Positions 57,501 to 64,000 of a DNA stretch of 64,000 nucleotides are shown here, piece by piece. Origin of the DNA: an uncultured Chloroflexia bacterium (GTDB lineage Bacteria > Chloroflexota > Anaerolineae > CG2-30-64-16). Location of the stretch: contig CAWEMM010000007.1 in NCBI GenBank assembly GCA_963810095.1, positions 512,001 to 576,000 on the forward strand. The letters run 5' to 3'. The notes under the pieces were generated by a model, which saw only the letters and a list, made by a program, of their open reading frames with translations, ran no database searches and was not told where the DNA came from. Position 1 is the first letter of the stretch; every line of letters starts with the position of its first letter. The position numbers were made by a program, and so were the translations under genes.

Positions 57501-60500
57501 CGACGGCACGACCGGGAAGGCGAGGCTGACCGGGCCCGACACGCAGTGGCCCTTCACGACCACGTGGAGCTACCGCTGGCAGCCGCAGGCGGGCCCTCCT
57601 GACGGCGCTCAATTCGAGACGACCGCAAATGCCGTCGTCCACCGGGGTCCGCGGATTCCGGCGGTCGAGACGTTCCTGACGGTCGACGTGCTGCCGCCGG
57701 CGGAGGTCGAGGTGGCGCTGACCGCGAACGGTGCGCCGGTCGAGCCCGGCGCGGTCTTGCGCACAGCCTCGCCGCAACTGCGGCTGGCCTGGGACGCGAG
57801 CCGCGACGGCAGCGGCGTGGCAGGCTACACGACCCGCTGGGTGACCACGTCGGCGCTGAGCCGCACGGTGGAGACCCGGGCGGCCGGCGCCGGCGGTCCT
57901 TACGAGGATCGCTATCAAGCCGGCGACGCGCAGACTGTTGCCGTCGAGTTGATCAGTCGTGACCTGCTCGGCAACGAGCGCTCGCAACCCTTCGGCGCAG
58001 TCGTCGTCGACGGGCCGCTGACGCCCGACCTGGTTCAGCTGCCGGCCGATCCCGGCGTCCCCCCTGATCCCGAGTGGATGGAGACCGGCTGCACGCTGCT
58101 CACGACCGACGGACGGGCCGCACGCATCAGTGGCGCAGGCGCATACCCGATCCAGGCCCTGTACGGAAGCTGGGACCAGGCGGCGCTGCGCCTGACGTGG
58201 GCGGGCGCGGACTGGAGTTCGGACGGCGATCTGTTCGTCTATCTCGACACGGGCGCGGGCGGCACCCGCGACCTGTTCACCCCATACCCGGTGCCCGAGA
58301 AGGCGAGCCAGTTCCTGCTGCCTTCGAGCCTGGACGCCGATACGCTGGTGTGGGTGCAGGACAACTTGAAGGCCAGCCTGCTCAAGTGGCAAGGGGGCGG
58401 GTGGCAGCCCGCCGGTGAGCTGACCGCGTCGCAATACCGCTTCGACCCGGTGAGCCGCGACGGCGAGACGGACCTATACCTGCCGTTCAAGCTGTTGGGC
58501 GCCCGCGCGGGTGATCCCATTCGTGTCCTTGCTCTTGCCGCCGAAGAACCCGTCTCGGGCGCCGGGCTGCAAATCTGGGCGACCGCGCCGCACACCAACC
58601 CTGCAAACAGCGCGCGCTCGAACCAGCGGGCCGCGCTCGGCTGCGCTGCTGGCAAGTCGGGGCGTGACGATCCCGTTGCTGCACTACTATGATTGGGCGG
58701 CCACGGGCGACGGGGTCTGCCCGAACGGCACGAACGCCGAGCGAAATACCAACGTCCAGCTCGAAAACTCGGTGTCCTCCGACCCAGTCGGCGCTGCCGT
58801 GTCCGGGCTCGATCTCCCGCTGCTCTGGGACGCGGCCGGCGCGGCGGCCGGCGGTCTGACGGCCGCATCCGGCGCCGCAGGACTGGACCTCGGCCCCGAC
58901 AGCTTCGTGATGGACTTTCTCAACCCCGAGCACCCGCCCCTGGCGAATGGCAGCACGGTGGTCTACACCGTGCGGGTGGCCAACAAGGGCACCAGTGCGC
59001 TCGAAGGCGCCTGGCTGGCGCTGAGCGGCCTCGGGGCCGTACGTCTCCTCGAGGAGCGAGTGGAACTGGGTAATATCCCCGCAGGCGAAGAACGCACGGT
59101 AACCTTCAGCGGCGTGACAGACCTGAGCCTGTCCGAACGGCCTGTGGCCGCGGCCCTTGCGCAACTCTACGCGGCCGGCTACCGGCCCGAGAACCCCGCC
59201 CTTGACTGGTTCCTCGTGGCACACCGCGTCGACAGCGGTGCCCCCGAGAGCTTTGGGCTCGACCTGGGAGCGCGTATCGTCGGCGCCGACTTCGGCCAAC
59301 TGAGCGGCTATGCGTTCGACGAGTCGAGCGTAGCGGCCGTGAAGATGGAAATACGGTCGCCCCAGGATGAACTCTGGTCGGTCACCTGCCCATTGCGCCG
59401 CCAGGAGGCCGGTCGTTGGACCTGCCAGTGGGACGCGACGGGGACGCCGCAGGGCGCGCCTCTGCCCGACGGCGAGGAACTCACCGTGCGCTTCCAGGTC
59501 AAGGATCGCCTGGGCCAGGTGAGCGGGTGGGGCCAGGCCCACACGGTCCGGGTGGACGCCCGGGCGCCCAAGCTCACACTGCCCGATCAACCGGCGACCG
59601 TACAGGCGGGCCGGCTCCGCCTCTCGGGGGCGGTGGAGGATGCCGCGGGCGTGGCGCGGGTGTGGGTGTGTGTGGACGGGAAGTGCCGGGACGTGGACCT
59701 CGTGGGTGGGCTCAAGAGCCGTACACATTGGTCCTTCAGCCCGGGCATCGGGGCTTCCGACTACCTGACGCACACGGTGACGCTGCAGGCGGAGGACGCC
59801 CTCGGAAATCGGACGGCCGAGCCGCAGACGTTCCAGATCGTCCTCGACAACGTCCGGCCGCGGGTCACCGTCGACCAGGCCGGCGCGCAGCTTGTGCTCG
59901 GTGCGACGGAGACCGTGCTCACGGGAACATCGACCGATGGCAGCCCGTTCGTCCGGACGTGGGTGCGAGTGCAGGAGCCGGACGGGAACATCGTCTTACG
60001 CAGCGTGTCGCAGGAGGGCGGACCACTGGAAGTTCGACCTCGCGGGCGAGCGCCCGGGTCGCTACGTGCTGTCGGTCGTAACGAAAGATGCGGTCGGCAA
60101 CATGACGCGGACCGGCGAGTACGCGGTCGACGTGAGGTGTACGGATGCGGCGTTCGGCGTCGGCAAGATCACGGTGACCGCCGTGGAAGGCATGACCCTT
60201 ACGCAGACGATTGCCGCGACTCTGACGAACAGCGGACCCGACCCGCTGCCCGCGGGCATTCCCGTCGGCTTCTACGACGCGAATGGCCGGCTCGCCGGGC
60301 TGGGCACGAGCATGGCGCTGGCCGCGGGCGGCCAAGAGACGCTATCGGTCACGCCGTGGACGGTGCCGGCTGCCGGCCGTTATGAGTTGATCGTGGTGCC
60401 GGCCGACCCGGACCTCGGCACGCCCGTGCCGGTCGCCTTCTGTACCACCCCGGGCGCGGAGCGGGCGCTCGTCTGGGCCGGCCCGCTGCCCGAGATGCTG

Positions 60501-60614
60501 CCGGTGTACGTGCCGCTGATCCTGTTCGGCGCCGCGGGGCCAGGTCCCACCGAAGAGCCCGAAAGCAAAGGCGAGGAGAGCGCGCCGGGGGACCGCGACA
60601 ACACGATCCAGTAG
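45571..60614 (+). CDS. Giant (~5,010 aa after correction) surface protein: N-terminal lipoprotein-carrier-like region, TM hairpin, DxDxDG Ca-binding repeats, hydrophobic helical region, 6 LamG-like domains, Ig-like domains; frameshifts near 58640 and 60021 plus a compensated pair at about 46792-46886
   Basis: ORFs 45571..58692, 58511..60385 and 59892..60614 join by single-base shifts; repeated WxHV...LYxDG...FxGxIDD(V/L) LamG motifs; DTDGDGLTD repeats; VYVPLILF near the end. Confidence 0.88.
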
Positions 60615-60657
60615 TGCGTGGGGCGGGTGATGACCCGCCCCTGAGGTGAACGCGTAA

Positions 60658-60689
60658 GCACGGGGCAGTCACCTGGACTGCCCCGTGCC
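60658..60689. terminator. Hairpin between convergent genes
   Basis: gcacggggcagtc...gactgccccgtgc, 13-bp stem. Confidence 0.6.
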
Positions 60690-60727
60690 CATCATCGCAA
60701 CGTGAGGTGAGGGAGCCTCTGCCGCCG

Positions 60728-61942
60728 CTATGCGGGGCTGACCGCGTCCTTCCCCGCCAGGCGCATCGCCACCCCGTACAGGACGAGCAGCAGTACGATC
60801 AGAAGCACGAGGAACGGGGGGATGACCTCGAGCGAGGTCCGCCGCGCCAGGAGGCCGGCGAGCGACGGGATAATGGCCGTGCTCAGCCCCGCCGCGGCAA
60901 TTTGCATGCCGATGGTGTTAGCCGCATAGCGCGCGCCAACTCGCGCGGCCGTGCCCGACACCAGGGCCGGGAAGATCGGTGCAATGGCAAAGCCGGCGAT
61001 CACCACGGCCAGCAGGCTGGCGACCGCCACCGGGTTCCACCAAAGCAGCGCCGCACCCGTGAGTGCAGCAAGCAGGCTCCCGCGGATCAGTGCGTTCAGC
61101 CCCACCCGCTTGGTCCACACCCCGGCCACGATGCGCCCAATGGTGAACATCGCCCAGTAGCTGCCAGCCCACAGACCCGCCATTTCCGGCGCAATCCCGC
61201 GGGACTCGGTCAGCAGCGTGTAGCTCCAAAGGCCGAGCGTGACTTCCATGCCCGTGTAGAGGAAGAACAGCAGCAGGCTGATCCACACTGCCGGCCGGCG
61301 CAAGGTCTCCGCGAAGGACGTTTTGTAGTCGGTGAGGCGAGCGGGTTCGCCGGCCGTCCGAGCTGCCCCGCCATCCTCCCACATCTTGAGCGTGAAGGCG
61401 AATGCGGACGCCAGCAAGATCTGCGCAGTCCCGACCAACGCGTAGCCGGCCCGCCAGGTGTGCGCGTACTTCAGGCCCAGCGTCATGATGATCGGCCCAA
61501 GCATGACGCCGATGCCGTAGCTGGCGTGCAGCCACTGCATCAGCCCCTCACTGAAGTGCGCGGCCACATAAGTGTTGAGACCCGCGTCGATTGCGCCGGC
61601 CCCCAGCCCGGAGAGCACCGCCAGCCCGACCATCCAGCCCCACGCGGGCGCCAGCGCATAGCCAATGAGCGCGGAGCCGGTTGCCGCGCAGCTCAGGGCC
61701 AGCACCCGGCCCACTCCGAGCCAGCGGATCAGGCGGCCACTGGAGAAGCTGGAGGTGAGGTAGCCGGCCGTCCCGGCAACGAGCATGATCCCCAGTGAGT
61801 CGAGCGGCCGGAAGAATGATGCCCGGATGGAGGGCCAGGCCACGCCCAGCAGGCCGTCGGGCAGGCCGAGCGAGATGAACGCGATGTACGCCAGGACGAT
61901 CAGTGCAAGGCGCGGGCGGTTGCGGATGAGAGCGGCGTGCAT
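60728..61942 (-). CDS. MFS transporter
   Basis: AFISLGLPDGLLGVAWPSI, GLGAGAIDAGLN, WLHASYGIG, APIFP. Confidence 0.92.
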   Translation of the reverse strand: MHAALIRNRPRLALIVLAYIAFISLGLPDGLLGVAWPSIRASFFRPLDSLGIMLVAGTAGYLTSSFSSGRLIRWLGVGRVLALSCAATGSALIGYALAPAWGWMVGLAVLSGLGAGAIDAGLNTYVAAHFSEGLMQWLHASYGIGVMLGPIIMTLGLKYAHTWRAGYALVGTAQILLASAFAFTLKMWEDGGAARTAGEPARLTDYKTSFAETLRRPAVWISLLLFFLYTGMEVTLGLWSYTLLTESRGIAPEMAGLWAGSYWAMFTIGRIVAGVWTKRVGLNALIRGSLLAALTGAALLWWNPVAVASLLAVVIAGFAIAPIFPALVSGTAARVGARYAANTIGMQIAAAGLSTAIIPSLAGLLARRTSLEVIPPFLVLLIVLLLVLYGVAMRLAGKDAVSPA

Positions 61943-61943
61943 G

Positions 61944-62420
61944 CTACTCGTCCCCCCCGCCTTGCGGCGCGCTGCCGGCCGGTTCGATACCGCGCGGTTC
62001 GATACCGCCGCGCACCGAGAAGCGCTCGTAGACGTCAGGGCCAACGCGGATCAGGCGCCGGGTCTGCATGTCGATCGGGCACCAGAGCGAGCGGGCGCGG
62101 GCCAGCACCCTCTGGTCGCTCACCCGCACGATCTCGACGAAGCGCTCGAAGATGTGGCGCTCGGCCCCGCCCACCCAAGTACGGCCGACGACCTCGTCGC
62201 CAAGGCGCGCCGAGTCCAGGTACTCGATCTCATGGCGCTTGACGAGCCAGCCGATCTTCGCCTTTTGCGCCTCGGTGGCGCGGGCAAACCACGCGGCCGT
62301 CGAGATCTCCTGGACCCAGCGCACGTAGACGACGTTGTTGACGTGCTGAAAAAAGTCGATATCTTCCGGATGGATGGGAATCGGTTGCTCGAAGCGCTCC
62401 GCTTCAGGTTCGGCTGGCAT
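61944..62420 (-). CDS. Acyl-CoA thioesterase (4HBT/FcbC-like hotdog fold)
   Basis: DIDFFQHVNNVVYVRW, HEIEYL; a 15-bp tandem duplication near the 3' end encodes GIEPRGIEP. Confidence 0.92.
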   Translation of the reverse strand: MPAEPEAERFEQPIPIHPEDIDFFQHVNNVVYVRWVQEISTAAWFARATEAQKAKIGWLVKRHEIEYLDSARLGDEVVGRTWVGGAERHIFERFVEIVRVSDQRVLARARSLWCPIDMQTRRLIRVGPDVYERFSVRGGIEPRGIEPAGSAPQGGGDE

Positions 62421-62543
62421 GACTCGGCTTTCCTCAAAATGATGGCGCGCCCGAGGGCGCGCTGCAGCCGCGATTATCGCACCATCTCTCGGACGCGTCA
62501 ACGAATACGGGGTGCGCTCGCCTAGATTCCGTCAAAAGGGGTA

Positions 62544-62572
62544 TTGACACGGCGGCGCAGCGGCGCGATAGT
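62544..62572 (+). promoter_or_regulatory. Sigma70-type promoter of the putative ncRNA
   Basis: TTGACA-N17-GATAGT; the predicted start site near 62579 coincides with the 5' strand of the first helix. Confidence 0.65.
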
Positions 62573-62578
62573 GGAGTC

Positions 62579-62916
62579 GCCACTGGAGGAATGTCCGCAC
62601 ACTTTGGACGAGGGTCCACAGGTACCGAAAGGTCAGTGCGAGAGTTCCATCAGAGAAAGGAGGCAAAACGCAACTGAAAGGCAAGCAAAGTTTAGGTTGT
62701 CCAACAGTGGCGAGAGAGCCCCGAGAATCTGAACGGCATGTTCCGGCTTGGCACTTCCTGTAATCTGGAAGCTCGCAGGCAGCCCGATAGGTCAGAAGTG
62801 TTAGCGGGGCTGCCAGGGTGCGATAAAGACGCAAGCACGCGGAAGGAACCAGAACGGGTGCTTGGGGCCTCTCAGTAACTCAAAGCCGCCGGTCGAGCCC
62901 GACCGGCGGCTTTTTT
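62579..62916 (+). ncRNA. Putative ~335-nt structured non-coding RNA, unclassified
   Basis: No credible ORF; purine-rich loops; two closed multi-helix domains (62577-62713 and 62714-62873); GAAA tetraloops; own promoter and terminator. Confidence 0.7.
62882..62916 (+). terminator. Intrinsic terminator
   Basis: aaagccgccggtcg-agcc-cgaccggcggc followed by T6. Confidence 0.9.
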
Positions 62917-63126
62917 GTGCCCCGGCGCCCCCATCTCTCACCCCGCACCCGCCCCCACCCCCTGCGCAATCTGTGCCAAATTCCTCCGCGCGAAACTCTG
63001 TGAACAGGAGTATAATCGCGCGCGGCGGACTAGCCGATGGGCGACAGCACTCGTAAGTGAGTGCTGGGCCGGCTTAGCGCTCTGTCTCTGAGAGCGGGCC
63101 GGCGCACGCGAAAGGAGACTGTAGAA

Positions 63127-63561
63127 ATGAGACGCGTTCGGCTCTTCCTCGTCGTCGCCATTGCCATCTCCATCTTTCTGCTTGCGGTGCCTGCGTATGC
63201 GACCCCGGCACAAACAGCCGGGGGCTCGGGGTGTGCCCAATTCTATACGGTCCAGTGCGGCGACACGCTGTACAAGATCGCAGTCCGCTTCGGCACCAAC
63301 ACTTGGGCGCTGGCGCGGCTCAATGGGATCAGCAATCCTAACGTGATCTATGCGGGGCAGACGATCTGTGTCAAGGCGGCTGCACCTATCCCGCCTCCGC
63401 CGTCTCAGGGCGGCTTCTGGTACACGGTGAAGTGCGGCGACATGCTGCGCGTCATCGCAGCCCACTACGGCTGGGGCACCTGGTATCTCGCGGGGGTGAA
63501 CGGCATCGCGAACCCGGATGTGATCTATGTGGGGCAGCGGCTGTGGATACCCTACCATTGA
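63127..63561 (+). CDS. Secreted protein with two LysM domains
   Basis: Signal peptide; YTVQCGDTLYKIA and YTVKCGDMLRVIA; SD AAGGAG; TATAAT at 63011-63016. Confidence 0.93.
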   Translation: MRRVRLFLVVAIAISIFLLAVPAYATPAQTAGGSGCAQFYTVQCGDTLYKIAVRFGTNTWALARLNGISNPNVIYAGQTICVKAAAPIPPPPSQGGFWYTVKCGDMLRVIAAHYGWGTWYLAGVNGIANPDVIYVGQRLWIPYH

Positions 63562-63682
63562 GTTTGACATAAGTGGGATCTCGACCGGGCTCTCGGCGCG
63601 ACGCGGGAGCCCGGTCTTCATTTTGGTACCGTTAACAGAATCGAGGGCATCGACGTCGATGCCCTCGGCCTATTCACTTCCT

Positions 63683-64000
63683 CTACTGTGCCAGGTCAGG
63701 GGCCGGACGACTCGTCGGCCTCGTGATTGGCTTGCTCACATCCACCCGGTTGGGCGGGTCGAACAGCACCTTGACCCCCTCGAGCGGTCCCGCCATGTCC
63801 CACCGTTGGGCTAGTTCCCAGCTGATATCGGCCACCCAGCCGCGCTTCCGCAGGTTCTCACGGTGCTTGGCCTCGGCGCAGTCCACCACCATCAGTGGTC
63901 CGATGATCTCGCCGTCAGGGTGCTGCAGCCACACCTTCTTTCCGATGTACTTCGGCTCGAGCAGAGCCACAGCGTCCACGCACTCCGGGCATTCCGGAAC
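63683..64000 (-). CDS. Hypothetical protein, possibly RlpA-like double-psi beta-barrel; 5' end outside window
   Basis: VALL...IGKKVWL...GPLMVVDC...VADISWELA pattern; frame appears open to the window edge. Confidence 0.55.
   Translation of the reverse strand, partial: VPECPECVDAVALLEPKYIGKKVWLQHPDGEIIGPLMVVDCAEAKHRENLRKRGWVADISWELAQRWDMAGPLEGVKVLFDPPNRVDVSKPITRPTSRPAPDLAQ

Noticed and set aside
62532-62834. ORF-track ORFs 62532..62834 (-) and 62544..62732 (+)
   Set aside because: Atypical codon usage, no SD and no recognisable motifs; the + ORF starts inside the -35 box.
62579-62873. Canonical RNase P RNA, SRP RNA, tmRNA or cobalamin riboswitch
   Set aside because: Only fragments match (GAGGAAtGTCC, CGGAAGGAAcCAG, CGCAACTG). 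Element order and the required pairings are absent: no SRP CC-GGAA-GG stem, no tRNA-like ends, no B12 box.

Overview
High-GC chromosomal window, most likely from a Chloroflexota (Anaerolineae-like) bacterium. This is inferred from gene content, Pro/Thr linkers and the recurrent [IVL][YF]LP[LV][IL] motif. It holds about 33 CDSs, dominated by envelope and secreted proteins: a caspase-STAND-TM-WD40 receptor-like protein running off the left edge, a GT39-like glycosyltransferase, M6-like and S8 proteases, two LysM proteins, a crystallin/PA14/DUF1906 protein, a multicopper oxidase and a ~5,000-aa LamG-repeat giant protein. There is also a crcB-DUF190/CBS pair and several ordinary oxidoreductases and transporters. 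I saw no rRNA, tRNA, CRISPR array or transposase. About 11 single-base frameshifts, nearly all +1, split otherwise intact genes and look like long-read consensus errors. The most unusual element is an ORF-less, highly structured ~335-nt unit at about 62579-62916 with its own sigma70-type promoter and intrinsic terminator; I cannot assign it to a known RNA class. Other notable items are a ~170-bp dispersed repeat in two copies, a perfect 42-bp palindrome and two unannotated small ORFs.
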